Shown one piece after another: positions 47,655 to 60,533 of a DNA stretch of 64,000 nucleotides; positions within the stretch are counted from its first letter, which is position 1, and each line of letters starts with the position of its first letter. The notes under the pieces were generated by a model. That model saw nothing but the letters and a program-made list of their open reading frames with translations, made no database searches and was not told the DNA's origin. The translations under genes and the position numbers were made by a program. Location of the stretch: positions 138,074,001 to 138,138,000 of the forward strand of contig JBNRSN020000013.1 of assembly GCA_051313645.2 (NCBI GenBank), given 5' to 3'. The stretch comes from Centroscyllium fabricii (taxonomy: Eukaryota).

Positions 47655-48005
47655 GCTAGAGAAAATAAGGAGAAATTGTTTCCATTAGCAAGAGGGTCGG
47701 TAATGCAGAGGGCATAGATTTAAGATACTTGGCAAAAGAAACAGAGAGAGGGAAGGAGGAGACTTTTATTTTTACGCAGTGAGTTGTTATAATCTGGAAC
47801 GCACTGCCTGTAAGGGTGGAGGAAGTAGATTTAATAATAGCTTTCAAAAGGGAATTGGATAATTACTTGAAGGGGAAAAAATTTGCTGAGCTACGGGGAT
47901 GAGAAAGGGAGTGCGACTAATTGGATAGCTCCACCAAAGAGCCGGCACAGACGTGATGGGCCGAATGGCCTCCTTCTGTGTTGTGTGATTGTTTGATTGT
48001 ATGAT
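47655..48005 (+). mobile_element. CR1 3' fragment
   Basis: Decayed FTQRVV.IWNALP-coding segment and tail. Confidence 0.7.
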
Positions 48006-48261
48006 AACTTGGGCTGGATTTCTTTGGGAAAGATGAGACTTCAGGTGTAACTTAACTAAGGTTTACAAGCTGATGAAAGCAATTTAGGCCAGGCAAACTG
48101 TTCAACTCGAGTGAAGAGTTCGAATATTGAGTGTAGGGGGGACACAAGCTTAAAGTAAGGAAGTTCAGATCAAGGAGGGATATCAGATAGAACTTTTTTC
48201 CCCGAAGGTTAGTAGAGTTGAGGAATCAGTTCTCACCGAAGGCTGCTAAAGCGCTACGTGG

Positions 48262-49637
48262 AAAATGCTAGATTCCATTTTCAAAGATGTAATAGCTGAG
48301 TACTTGGAAAACAGTGACCAGGTCAGACAAAGTCAACATTGATTTACAAAAGGTAAATCATGCTTGACTAATCTACTGGAATTTTTTGAGGATGTAATTG
48401 GTAAAATAGATAAGGGAGAACCAGTGGATGTGGTGTATTTGGATTTTCAGAAGGCTTTCGATAAGGTCCCGCATAAGAGGTTGGCGTGTAAACTTAAGGC
48501 ACATGGGATTGGGGGCAAGGTATTGACTTGGATAGAGATCTGGTTGGCAGACAGAAAGCAAAGAGTTGGAATAAACGGCTCTTTTTCCGAGTGGCACGCA
48601 GTGACTAGTGGGGTAACGCAGGGACCGGTCCTTGGACCCCAGCTATTCACAATATATATTAATGATCTGGACGAGGGAACTAGATGTAATATCTCCAAGT
48701 TTGCAGACAACACAAAGCTGGGTGGGCGTGTGTGCTGTGAGGAGGATGCTGAGAAACTCCAGTATGATTTGGACAGGTTGGGTGATTGGGCAGAAGCATG
48801 GCAGATCTAATATATCGTGGAAAAATGTGAGGTTATCCACTTTGGTGTCAAAAGCAAGAAGGCAGATTATTATCTGAATGGCAAAAGATTGGGAGAAGGG
48901 GAAGTGGAACGACACCTGGGCGTTCTTGTGCGCCAGTCGCTGAAGGTAAGCATGCAGTCGCAGCAGGCGATTAAGAAGGCAAATGGTATATTGGCCTTCG
49001 TAGCGAGAGGGTTTGAGTACAGGAGCAAGGATGTCTTGCTGCAGTTGTACAGGACCTTGGTGAGACCACATCTTGAATATTGTGTGCAGTTTTGGTCGCC
49101 TTATCTGAGGAAGGATGTTCTTGCCATGGAAGGAGTGCAGCGAAGATTCACCAGGCTGATACCTGGGATGGCAGAAATGACGTATGAGGAGAGATTGGGT
49201 CGATTGGGCTTGTACTCACTGGAGTTTAGAAGAATGAGAGGGGGTCTCATTGAAACTTATAAAATTCTAACAGGACCAGACAGACTAGATGCAGGAAGGA
49301 TGTTCCCGATGGCGGGGGAGTCCAGAACCAGGGGTCACAGTCTAAGGATAAGGGGAAAGCCATTTAGGACAGAGATGAGGAGGAATTTCTTCACCCAGAC
49401 AGTGGTGAACCTGTGGAATTCTCTACCACAGAAGGCACTTGAGACCAATTCATTAAATATATTCAAGAAGGAGTTGGATATATTTCTTAAGGCTAAAGAG
49501 ATCAAGGGATATGGGGAGAAAGCAGGGACGGGGTACTGAATTTGGCTGATCAGTCATGATCGCATTGAATGGCGGAGCAGGCTCGAGGGGCCGAATGGCC
49601 TACTCCTGCTCCTATCTTCTATATTTCTATGTTTCTA
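48262..49637 (+). mobile_element. CR1 (HER1-like) LINE, 5'-truncated, RT with stop codons
   Basis: ORFs 48364-48810 and 48817-49539 with RT motifs; standard 3' tail. Confidence 0.93.
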
Positions 49638-50389
49638 TTCCAGAGAGACAATCAGATACCTTTCTGGAGAGAGAAGGGATTGAGGGATATGGTGTGAAGA
49701 TGGGTCAGTGTGAAAGGAATGGGAAAGGCTCCCCTTCTCCGTTCCTGATGAATTCTTCTGTTGACACGTTGACACCCTGGGAACTGATGATCTCATGATA
49801 CGTAGGATTTGCTACTTACATACTTTGGATAGTTGGCTTGCCTCTTAAACATCTGTGTTGGTTGAAGCTGTCACTCAACACGTCACGTACAACTCACTGA
49901 GTGCAAATTGCAGTTCATCCTGTCCTGACCGCACACGGGGTATTTTTAGGAAGCTAGGTGGGGCGACCCGAACTGTGAGCATTGACACAATCAGCAGGCG
50001 GAGGTGTTGGCCGGCTGGTTGTTGCTGGCTTCCTCCTGCGTAGGATGCCGATGATAGCTTTGTGTTTCAGGAGGTTGAGTCAATGACAGGCATTGCTCTG
50101 TGCTCTAATGATCTGGGCCTGGAAGGAAAGAAAACCCACAGTAATCTGGGTGGGAAATCTTTGCAAAGCTCAACGGAGCGCAAGCAAAGGCCATGTAAGG
50201 CAAATAAACAGATCAATAGAGCAGAATCTCTCGGAAGTCTGCATCGCTGTTCGTGCCAAAACGATTGCATAAATAGGCGTGTTTCACTTTCAGTGCAAAT
50301 ATTGAGTGTGGGTCATTATCGGTGTAAGTGCAGTGTATGGGTCACTAACAGTACAAATGTAGTGTGTGACAATCAGTGTAAATCAGCGT

Positions 50390-51840
50390 GACAGTCAGCT
50401 GTGGCTCAGTTGGTAGCACGCTTGCCCACTCCCGGAGACGTGAGCACATAAAGCTAGGCTGATACTCCAGTGCAGCACTGAGGGAGTGCTGCACTGTCGG
50501 AGGTGCCGTCTTTCAGATGAGACAATAAAACCGAGGCTCCGTCTGCTCTCGCAGGTGGACATAAACGATCCCGGGGTACTATTTTGAGTAGGGGAGTTGT
50601 GTCCTGGGCCAATATTTATCCCTCAATCTACAGGACAATGGACCCTGGACTTCCTAACCAACAGACCATAGTCTGTGAAGTTAGGCAACCTCACCTTCCC
50701 CCCCCGCCCTTACCCTGAACACAGGGGCCCCACAAGGCTGTGTGCTGAGCCCCCTCCTCTACTCCCTCTTCACTCACGACTGTGCGGCTGTCCATGGCTC
50801 CAACACGATCATCAAGTTTGCGGACGACATCACGGTCGTTGGCCAGATCACCAACAACGATGAGTCAGCCTACAGGGATGAGATCCAGCACCTTGTGGGA
50901 TGGTGTGCCGACAACAACCTGGCACTGAACACCAAGAAAACTAAGGAGATCATAGTGGACTTCCGGAGGACTGAAAGCAGAAGACACCCCCCCATCTTCA
51001 TCCAAGGGACTGAGGTGGAAAGGGTGTCCAGCTTCAAGTTCCTCGGGGTCCACATCTTGGAAGACCTCTCCTGGTCACTAAACATCTCCTCTCTGGTTAA
51101 GAAGGCGCAACAGCACCTGTACTTCCTAAGGAAGCTGAAGAAAGCCAGGCTGTCATCCGGCATCCTCTCCAACTTCTACCGCTGCACAATCGAAAGCATA
51201 CTGACAAGCTGCATCACAGTCTGGTATGGAAATTGCACCATCTCGGACCAGAAGACCCTACAGCGGGTAATCAAAACTGTCCAACGAATCACCGGTATCC
51301 AGCTGCCGTCAATTGAAAGCATCTACCTCAAACGCTGCCTACGGAGGTCTCTGAACATTATTAAAGACCCCACACACCCCAGCCACAGTCTGTTTGCCCC
51401 CTGCCCTCCGGGAGACGCTACAGAGCAATTTGCACCCGCACGACTAGATTTAAGAACAGCTTCTTCCCCAGGGCTGTCAGCCTCCTGAAATCTAAAATAA
51501 AACTCCGGTACCTGCACACCTGAAAATGTACTTTACTGTATGCAATCTGCATGTAATTTATTTGCACTACTCTCGGGAGCGGCGAGTCTTCATCTCGTTG
51601 TATTGTACTAGTACTCTGCAATGACAATAAAACTTGAATTGAATTGAATTGAATCACTAAAACAGGTTATCTGGTCATTATCATTATTGCTGTTTGTGGG
51701 AGCTTGCTGTGCACAAATTGGCTGCCGCGCTTCCCACATTACAACAGTGACTAGACTTCAAAAAGTACTTCATTGGCTGTAAAGCGCTTGGAGACGTCCG
51801 GTGGTCGTGAAAGACGCTATCTAAATGCAAGTCTTTCTTT
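50390..51840 (+). mobile_element. Deu-domain SINE split by a Rex1 insertion
   Basis: Head 50390-50628, tail 51654-51840. Confidence 0.8.
50630..51654 (+). mobile_element. Rex1/Babar LINE, 5'-truncated (RT C-terminal half)
   Basis: GAPQGCVLSPLLYSLFTHDC, KFADD, NFYRCTIESIL; (TTGAA)n tail. Confidence 0.92.
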
Positions 51841-51965
51841 CCTCATACAGTGTGTGTGAGATTACCAGCACAACTGCAGTGTGTGGGTCGCTATCAGTTC
51901 AGAAATAGTGTTCGAGTCGCTTAGTGCAAATACAATTTTTGCATCCGTACCAGTACACATACATT

Positions 51966-52136
51966 GGGAGTCATTTTGAATTTGTGCGACAGTTCAAAAC
52001 AGGCGACAGTGAGTTGGCGGCCCTTACATTTCTCTCCGATTGAATTCAATGGAAATAAAAACCGGGAGAGATGTAAAACAGGCTGTGGCTCACTGTCTCC
52101 TGTTTTATATTATCACACAAAGTCAAAATTACCCCC
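51966..52136. mobile_element. Short palindromic MITE
   Basis: Imperfect TIRs gggagtcattttga / tcaaaattacccc with internal inverted symmetry. Confidence 0.55.
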
Positions 52137-52369
52137 ATCGTGTGGGCGCCTGTTGTACAGATACAATGTATGGGTCACCATCAGTGGAAATACCTCGGTG
52201 TGAATACAGGCACTGCAATGCTGTAAGCAGAAAATGGGCACTTTCCACATTGTCAATCTCCATGGGTTTCCGCGAGGGTAGCGTTCAGGCAGGTCTAGGA
52301 TCAGGGCCAGGCAGCTGGCTTTCGTGCAGTCAAAAGACTGCCTTTCGAGCAGCGCCCTTGGAAAGTGGT

Positions 52370-53240
52370 CGGAGGTGGCAAGGGGAGGTGATGGTGGCGA
52401 AGAGGGTTGGGGTGGTGGGGAGAGAGCGGGGGCAGGTCTGGGGTTAGGGGTAGGGTAGCGGGAGGCGTCAGGGGGGGACGGTGGGGAGGAGGGGGGGTGG
52501 CGGGGAGAGAGCAGGGGTGGGTCTGGGGTTAGGGGTAGGGTAGCGGGAGGCATCAGGGGGGCACGGTGGGGAGGTGGGTGGGGTGGCGGGGAGAGAGCGG
52601 GGGTGGGTCTGGGGTTAGGGGTAGGTTAGCGGGAGGAGGGGGGAGGGGATGGTGGTGAGGAGGGTGGGGTGGCGGGGAGAGGGCGGGGGCAGGGCTGGGG
52701 TTGGGGGTAGGTTAGCGGGAGGAGGGGGAGGGGATGGTGGTGAGGAGGGTGGGGTGGCGGGGAGAGGGCGGTGGCGGGGCTGGGGTTGGGGATAGGTTAG
52801 CGGGAGGAGGGGTACATGTGCAAGTAGTCAGGATGCAAGACTCAGGGGTATAAGGGGAGCGGCTGGAGGGAGGGAGCAAGGGGAGGGGGTGTGTGATTGC
52901 GAGGGCAGGGGAGGGGCTGGGGTGTGGGGGAGGTGACGGTGGCGAGGAGGGTAGGGGTGGCATGGGAGAGTGCGGGGGCGGGGCCAGGGTTGGAGAGTGG
53001 GGTAGCGGGAGGCGGGGTGCGTGTGCGAGTGGTGGGGAGGTGAGGCTCGGGGTGTAAGGGGAGAGGCTGGAGGGAGGGAGCGGGGGTGGAGTGCTTGTGC
53101 GAGGGCAGAGGAGGGGCTGGAGGGTGGGAGCAGGGGAGGGGTGTGGGATTGCGAGTGGTGGGGAGGGGCTGGAGGGAGGGAGCGGGGGGTGGGGTATGGG
53201 ATTGCAAGTGTTGGGGAGAGGCTGGTGGGGGTTAGGGCAG
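52370..53240. repeat. G-rich minisatellite / low-complexity tract containing TTAGGG-like units
   Basis: Repeated ggggttaggggtagggtagcgggagg units. Confidence 0.85.
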
Positions 53241-53916
53241 CACATTCCAACTAATTGATCAGAATTTTTCTGCAACTGGAACTCAGAGGCCTGGAGGGAG
53301 CGGGTTGGAGTCTTCGGTGAATATGCTGAAGGGACAATTATTAACAGCCCTAGGTTCACATGAAGCATTGCACATTCAATCTTGTTTCTGCAACATAGTG
53401 GGGACCACCAAGGTAGCTCTCCTTTATGGGAGGGGACCCGGATGGGTGGAAGGTGTGGGGTCTGTCTTATTGAAACTTTAGCTTCTCACTGGCTATAAAT
53501 TGTGGCCTCTTCTCGAACCAGGGTTAAGGTTTGTTTTAAAAAGCTTCTGCAATCGGTGCTTGTAATCAGGAGCTTGGCTTGTAGTGACTACAATTCTCTT
53601 TTTAATTGCTCTTTTTGCCCGGTAATCCTCTCCGCCTCTCTCTACCTCTTTGATGAAGCTTTTTGGTCACCTGTCCTAATACCTCATGTATCCCAATGGC
53701 AAATGTTGTCCGCTAACGCTACAGTGAAGCACCTTGGGACATTTTACTACATTAACGGCGCTATATAAATGCAATTGATAAACCCCATCAATATGCTGCT
53801 AGGCTGAGGAGGGTGGGATGTAGTGAATGGAGTGGGAGGAGGCTCATGTGGAACATCAACACAGGTTGGGCTGAATGGCCTGTTTCTGTGCTGTACGTTC
53901 CATGTAATTGGGCTGA

Positions 53917-54337
53917 TCTTGGACCGGAAGGCCCTGCAGCGGGTAGTCAAAACTGCCCAACGAATCACCGGCACCCAGCTACCGTCAATGGAAAGCATCT
54001 ACCTCAAACGCTGCTTACGGAGGTCTCTGAACATTATTAAAGACCCCACACACCCCAGCCACAGTCTGTTCGCCCCCCTGCCCTCCGGGAGACGCTACAG
54101 ATCAATTCGCACCCGCACGACTAGATTTAAGAACAGCTTCTTCCCCAGGGCTGTTAGCCTCCTGAACTCTAAAAAATAAACTCCGGTACCTGCACGCCTG
54201 AAAATGTACTTTACTGTATGCAATTTGCATGTAATTTATTTGCACTACTCTCGGGAGCGTCGAGTCTTCGTCTCGTTGTATTGTACTAGTACTCTGCAAT
54301 GACAATAAAACTTGAATTGAATTGAATTGAATTGAAT
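53917..54337 (+). mobile_element. Rex1 LINE 3' fragment
   Basis: Near-identical to 51245-51654; (TTGAA)n tail. Confidence 0.9.
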
Positions 54338-54338
54338 A

Positions 54339-54942
54339 AGTGGTGGGGTCACCATTGACCAGAAATTTAACTGGACCAACCACATAAATACTGTGGCAAC
54401 AAGAGCAGGTCAGAGGCTGGGTAGTCTGCGGCGAGTGTCTCACCTCCTGACTCCCCAAAACCTTTCTACCATCTGTCAGGAGTGTGATGGAATACTCTCC
54501 ACTTGCCTGGATGAGTGCAGCTCCAACAACACTCAAGAAGCTCGACACTCATCCACCACCTTAAACATTCACTCCCTACACCACCGGCGCACTGTGGCTG
54601 CAGTGTGTACCATCTACAAGATGCACTGCAGCAACTCACCAAAGCTTCTTCGGCAGCACCTCCCAAACCCGCAGCCGCGACCACCTAGAAGGACAAGGGC
54701 AGCAGGCGCATGGGAACACCACCATCTCCAAGTTCCCCTCCAAGTCACACACTATTCTGACATGGAAATATATCGGCCATTCCTTCATCGTTGCTGGGTC
54801 AAAATCCTGGAACTCCCTTACAGCACTGTGGGAGTACCTTCACCACATGGATTGCAGCGGTTCAAGAAGGCGGCTCAGCACCACCTTCTCGAGGGCAATT
54901 AGGGATAGGCAATAAATGCTGGGCCTTGCCAGCATCGCCCAA
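54339..54942 (+). mobile_element. Old non-LTR retrotransposon 3' end (CR1/L2 group)
   Basis: SLHHRRTVAAVCTIYKMHC-type ORF2 C-terminus; gggcaataaatgctgg tail. Confidence 0.65.
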
Positions 54943-54944
54943 TT

Positions 54945-55740
54945 CATAGAGTCATACAGTCAAACGGCACAGAAGGAGGTAATTCGGCTCATCAAGTCCA
55001 TGTCGGCTCTCTGTAGAGCAATCCAGTCAGTCCCATTCCCTCGCTCTATCCCTGTAGCCTCGCAAGTTTATTTCCCTCCAGTGCCGATCCAGTCTCCCCT
55101 TGAAAACATTGAGTGTCTCCGTTTCCACCACTTCCGTCAGCAGCGAGTTCCAGGTCCTCACCACTCGCTGGTGTATAAAGGTTTTTCCTCACACCTCCTC
55201 TGTATCTCTTTCCTAAAACCTTAACTCTGTGTCCCCTAGTCCTTCTCCCATCAACTAGTGGGAACAGGCTTTCCCCGTCTTGCCTATCCAAACCCGTCAT
55301 AATCTTGTACACCTCTACCAAATCACCCCTCAACCTCTTTTGCTCTAATGAAAACAAATCCAGCTTCTCCAACCTATCCTTGTAGCTAAGATCCCCCATC
55401 CCCGGAACCATTCTGGTAAATCTCCTCTGCACCCACTCAAGGAACTTCATATCCTTCCTAAAGTGTGGTGACCAGAACTGCACGCAATAATCCAGCTGTG
55501 GCCTAACCAGAGCTTTATAAAGATTCAGCAGAACTTTTCTACTTTTGTACTCAATCCCTCTATTTATGAAGTCCAAGATCCCATATGCTTTGCTAACCAC
55601 CCTCTCAATATGTCCCGCCACCTTCAGGGACCTATGCACATTAACTCCCAGGTCCCTCTGTCCCTGCACACTCTTTAAAACTGAGCCATTAAGTGTATAT
55701 TGCCTCTCCCTGTTCCTCCTGCAGTATGCATCATCTCACA
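54945..55740 (-). mobile_element. CR1 LINE 3' fragment
   Basis: ORF 55669-55046: LVRPQLDYCVQFWSP, RLRGDLVEVYKI. Confidence 0.9.
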
Positions 55741-55974
55741 AATTTTTAAAAAGTTCCATGTAATCAATGCAAGTTGTTGTTGCTCAATGTCCTGATAGTA
55801 CTGAGCTAAGGCTGAGGCGAGATCTGCATTTACGTTTAGTGTTTCTGCTCTCGGCCGTATCCATTCCATCCGTGCTGCGGTTATGGACGAATCCCGCAAT
55901 CGTAACAACATTCCCAAAGGGAAAAATGGAGAGACAGCTGCAGAGGAGTGAAATTGGGGGATTGGATGATCTAA

Positions 55975-56335
55975 GAAGAGCGGGAAGGGGTGGATGGGGA
56001 GGGGGAATGGGAAGAGGAGGGGGGAGAGATGGGGTAGGGGAGGGGGAGAGGGAGGTGAGGAGGAGGGGAGAGAGATGGGGTAGGGGAGGGGGAGAGGGAG
56101 GTGAAGAGGGGGGGAGAGATGGGGTAGGGGGAGGGGGAGAGGGAGATATGGTGTAGGGGAGGGGGAGAGGGAGGTGAGGAGGAGGGGGAGAGATGGGTTA
56201 GGGGAGGGGGAGAGGGAGGTGAGGAGGGGGAGAGATGGGGTAGGGGAGTGGGGAGAGGTAGGTGAGGAGGAGGGGAGAGATGGGGTAGGGGAGGGGGAGA
56301 GGGAGGCGAGGAGGAGGGGCGAGAGATGGGGTAGG
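55975..56335. repeat. Purine-rich minisatellite (ggggagagatggggtaggggagggggagagggaggtgagga)
   Basis: About eight tandem units. Confidence 0.9.
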
Positions 56336-56842
56336 CGCTTTATAAATGCAAGTTATATCTTTCTTTCAGAGCTGAAGTTGGGATTCTTGGTTCGTGTGTT
56401 GGAAATGAAGGGCCAGCCTCAGCCGCGGCCGCACTCACACTGTTTCGCCATTCGTTTCAAGTCACACTTTCAGATTCTAGCCCCCCGCTGCCCTGCCCCC
56501 CCATCCCCCCAAACGGCCCACAAAACAAGCAGAGCATCCCACCCAACAGGCCGCCTCTACAGTTGTTATTCTGAACTTGTCTTAGGTTTCATTGTAATCC
56601 AAGACTAAATGGAAAAAGGAGTCACCTTATTAAGGTTTAACACAACACAATACGAAGCAGCCTTCAGCACCTGATCCTCGACTTATCCCAGCTTCCAAAC
56701 ACCTGGCTAAAGTAGGCTGAATTCAACCGGTCACCCTCCTCGAGCCAATGTCAGCAACTGACTGGTAAGGGAGCGTCCCTAAATTACTTATTCAAGCCAA
56801 TATGAACGATTACAGAAACGTTCTAATGTGCATGACATCTAA

Positions 56843-57250
56843 AGGACGACACGGTGGCGCAGTGGTTAGCACTGCTGCCTCGCAATAAGGAGTTCCTGGG
56901 TTCGAATAGTGCTTGGCCCGGGTCCTCTCTGCGTGGAGTTTGCACGTTCTCCCCGTGTCTGCGTGGGTTTCCTCCGGGTGCTCCGGTTTCCTCCCACAGT
57001 CCAAGATGTGCGGGTTAGGTTGATTGGCCAGGATAAATTGACCCTTAGTGTTAGGGGGATTGAATATGTGGGGTTACGGGGATACGGTGGGATATGTGTT
57101 GATGCAGGCTCGATAGGGATTGAGGGATATAGGGAGAGAGCAGGGGCGGGGTACTGGGTTTGGATGATCAGCCATGATCTCATTGAATGGCGGAGCAGGC
57201 TCGAAGGGCAGAATGGCCTACTCCTGCTCCTAGTTTCTATGTTTCTATAT
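56843..57250 (+). mobile_element. HE1-type V-SINE
   Basis: Full head, V-domain and tail. Confidence 0.92.
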
Positions 57251-57259
57251 TTCTGTGTT

Positions 57260-57652
57260 AGAACCATAGAACCATAGAAGATAGGAGCAGGAGTAGGCCA
57301 TTCTGCCCTTTGAGCCTGCTCCGCCATTCAATGAGATCATGGCTGATCATCCAAACCCCGCCCCTGCCCTCTCCCCATATCCCTATCGAGCCTATACCGA
57401 CACATATCCCAACCTATCCCCGTAACCCCACATATTCAATCCCCCTAACACTAAGGGTCAATTTATCATGGCCAATCAACCTAACCTGCACATCTTTGGA
57501 CTGTGGGAGGAAACCGGAGCACCCGGAGGAAACCCACGCAGACACGGGGAGAATGTGCAAACTCCACACAGATAGTACCCGAGGCTGGATTTGAACCCGG
57601 GTCTCCAGAGCTGTGAGGCAACAGTGCTAACCACTGTGCCACCATGCCGCCC
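57260..57652 (-). mobile_element. HE1-type V-SINE
   Basis: Full copy, tail-to-tail with the previous one. Confidence 0.92.
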
Positions 57653-58799
57653 GAAGGAACAATAAGATAAAGATGAAAGGAACAAAGTAATGGACAATGA
57701 ACCATGGTGGGAGAGCTAGGATTGATTTATCTGGAAATTAGGGTTTTGACAAGGGTTTTGAAATTGAAGATGAGTGGGGTGGTGGGTCTTTTTTAGGAAA
57801 GGAACTTTAAATGGGGGGAAGGCGGTGTTGGACGTACCAAAGACCAGAGTCGGAGAACCGATGTGAAGTTTCAAAAGGGATCAAGGATAAAGCGTGGAGC
57901 GAGGCCGTGTAGGACTTTCAAGACATAAAGAACTTTAAAATTGAAGGAGTTGGGCAGCAGGGAGGCAGTGTAGATGAAACAGGATGGGACTGATGAGCAA
58001 GCGGTACTTCATGTAGGATAGGATTTGGCGAGAGGTTGCAGTTGCCGATGTTAGCAAACGGTCAACAGGGGCTGGTTTGGCTTTGTGCAGACGTGGCGGG
58101 CGTGTGGCGGGCGGTTTGATCGTGCCCACCACCTGGTGCCCACCACCCGGTGCCCTTAGCCGTGTTGAGGGCCGAACCCTCAGCTGCTGTAACTGGTGGC
58201 ACCAGGGTTTTCAGTGCCCTGTTCTCGCCTGGCGGAGGCCCACAAAATGGCCTCCGACCCGTCGCTACGGCGATTGTTCGTCTACCATTTAAAAAATCAA
58301 CATCTTAACTCCCTGTGATAAAATAGACGGCGGAATGTCCTAATATCTGTGGTTCGGTGGCGATTTTTTGTCTGATTTACGAGCCTGTGAAACGCCTGGG
58401 ACATTTGTACTACGTTAAAGGTGCTATATAAATGCAATGTTGTTGGGTGAGGCGCCTTGTCAGGGCAGTCTGTAAGGTTCTTTTTTGAACTTGTTTCTGG
58501 GTTCTGTGTAATCCAAAATTTTAATAGACGCCAGCATTCAGCACCTAACGCTCCGTAATACAGGATACGAAAGCCGAGTGGGTGTAGTACTAAGACAAGC
58601 AATCCAGAGGTCGTGAGTTCAAATCCCACAAACAGTGAATTCAATAAATCTAGTAACTGGTAGACAGACTTGTGCCTGAAAATGGCCATAAAAGATGTCA
58701 GGTTGTTGTAATAATGTGGAGGTGCCGGTGTTGGACTGGGGTGGACAAATGCAAGAAGTCACACAACACCAGATTATAGTCCAACAGTTTTATTTTAAA

Positions 58800-58837
58800 T
58801 CACAAGCTTTCAGAGCTTCTGCCCCTTCGTCAGATGA
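58800..58837 (-). ncRNA. Minimal type I hammerhead ribozyme motif (inverted copy)
   Basis: tcat-CTGACGA-aggggcagaagctct-GAAA-gcttgtga on the minus strand. Confidence 0.7.
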
Positions 58838-59297
58838 AAGAGAGACTGACTTAAAGAATGCACATATGGGAGGAAGAGAGAAATCTGATATCTCCCACAT
58901 CTCACCTCCGTAGAGCTAGACACACAAAGGCTTATTAACATATTTTAAGTGTTTCATTTAAACATAGCATATATAGAGAGATTTTAAGTAAGAAAAATCC
59001 TGGTTTTTAAAAAATCATGATGTGGGATTTAAAGCAGACTAACATTTGACCCTTTGTGACTGCAACCTTTGATATGTTGGAAAACCTTTGACTGCTTTGA
59101 TGTCCCTCAGCTGAGGTGTGATGTGAAACAACTGGAGAGACCACATTGTTATCTCTCTCTATATATGCTATGTTTAAATGAAACACTTAAAATATGTTAA
59201 TAAGCCTCTGTGTGTCTAGCTCTACGGAGGTGAGATGTGGGAGATATCAGATTTCTCTCTTCATCACACATGTGCGTTCTTTAAGTCAGTCTCTCTT

Positions 59298-59335
59298 TCA
59301 TCTGACGAAGGGGCAGAAGCTCCGAAAGCTTGTGA
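59298..59335 (+). ncRNA. Minimal type I hammerhead ribozyme motif
   Basis: tcat-CTGACGA-a-ggggc agaa gctcc-GAAA-gctt-gtga: core, stem II, palindromic AAGCTT stem III and short stem I. Confidence 0.75.
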
Positions 59336-59974
59336 TTTAAAATAAAACTTTTGGACTATAATCTGGTGTTGTGTGACTTCTTGCAGGTTGTTGTAAAACC
59401 TTGGCCTACACGTGACTCCATTCCCACTCTATGTGACTGACTCTTATCACCCTCAAAGCAAACTCTGGTTGAGCAATAAAGATGTGACACCATTATCAGT
59501 CGTGACACCATTATCCCAAAGCAAATGACAGCCTCTAGACTCCTGGTTAATTAGATGAGTTGCTCAACTGATGCAATATCTCATACTACACATTAAGGGA
59601 CTGTCTAAATTACATAATCAAGCTGATTTGAAACAATCGCTAAGAAATTGTTGTTGATCAGTGGACAAATTCTGACAACGTTCCTATTTCTGCTACTTCA
59701 CTTTTACCACCAGGACCCAGGTTCAGCTACGTAGAGGCTGAATGTCTGCTGTCTCTGCTGCTGGTAAGGTTCCAATAAAAAAAAAGAGAGTTTGGTCTGT
59801 TTTAACCCAGTTCCCAAGCCAGCCAGCAGCAAAAAGCTTCCCTAGGTTTGGCAATGAAAATGCCCAGCTCAGCCACCAGTCACATGATGGGGCTAATATT
59901 TCAGCTTCACCAGCTGGGGGTGGTTCACCCGGCCAGTGTAGAAACTGGCGGACTTTGTTCCATTGGAATCGGAA

Positions 59975-60340
59975 TAGTGCGGTACTGAGGGAGCGCTGCA
60001 CTGTTGGAGGTGCCGCCTTTCGGCTGAGTCATTAAACCGAGGGCCCCCATCTGCCCTCTCAGGTGGACGTAAAAGATCCCACGGCACTATTTTGAAGAAG
60101 AGCAGGGGAGTTATCCCTGTTGTCCTGCCCAATATCTATCCCTCAACCAACACCACTAAAACAGATTATCTGGTCGTTATCACAGTGCTGTTTGTGGGAT
60201 CTTGCTGTGCGCAAATTGGCCGCCGCGTTTCCTACATTACAACAGTGACTACACTCCAAAAAGTACTTCATTGGCCGTGAAGTGCTTTGGGACGTCCAGT
60301 GGGCGTGAAAGGCGCTATAGAAATGCAAGTCTTTCTTTCT
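59975..60340 (+). mobile_element. Deu-domain SINE (SacSINE1-like)
   Basis: ttaaaccgaggcccc...aaagatccca.ggcact Deu core and gcgctatagaaatgcaagtctttc tail. Confidence 0.85.
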
Positions 60341-60533
60341 GGTGCCAGCGGACAAGGGTGAGTTATGATCCAGGAGAGGGCGCTGCCCTCAGTTTGTGGC
60401 TGAGGTATATTGTTGGGGCGAGTGGAGCCAACTTTATATTTCATTGCTTTCTGCCTGCCCTGTGACCCTTGGATGCTGGCACTGAGAACCGTTTGCCGAT
60501 GCTAACAATCCTCCACCTTGGAAAATTCTCCTT

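Larger units (their letters stand above)
58712..59385. mobile_element. Penelope-like element remnant with inverted pseudo-LTRs
   Basis: About 230-bp inverted arms (58750-58981 and 59154-59385); flanking duplication (CA)GGTTGTTGTAA. Confidence 0.8.

Noticed and set aside
52712-53368. Pro-rich and Gly-rich ORFs here and at 55767-56608
   Set aside because: Translations of low-complexity G/C tracts.
59714-59763. Possible 50-nt host exon (pyrimidine tract-CAG...GTAAGG; PRFSYVEAECLLSLLL)
   Set aside because: No recognisable protein or partner exons; splice-like motifs arise by chance. RNA-seq would be needed.
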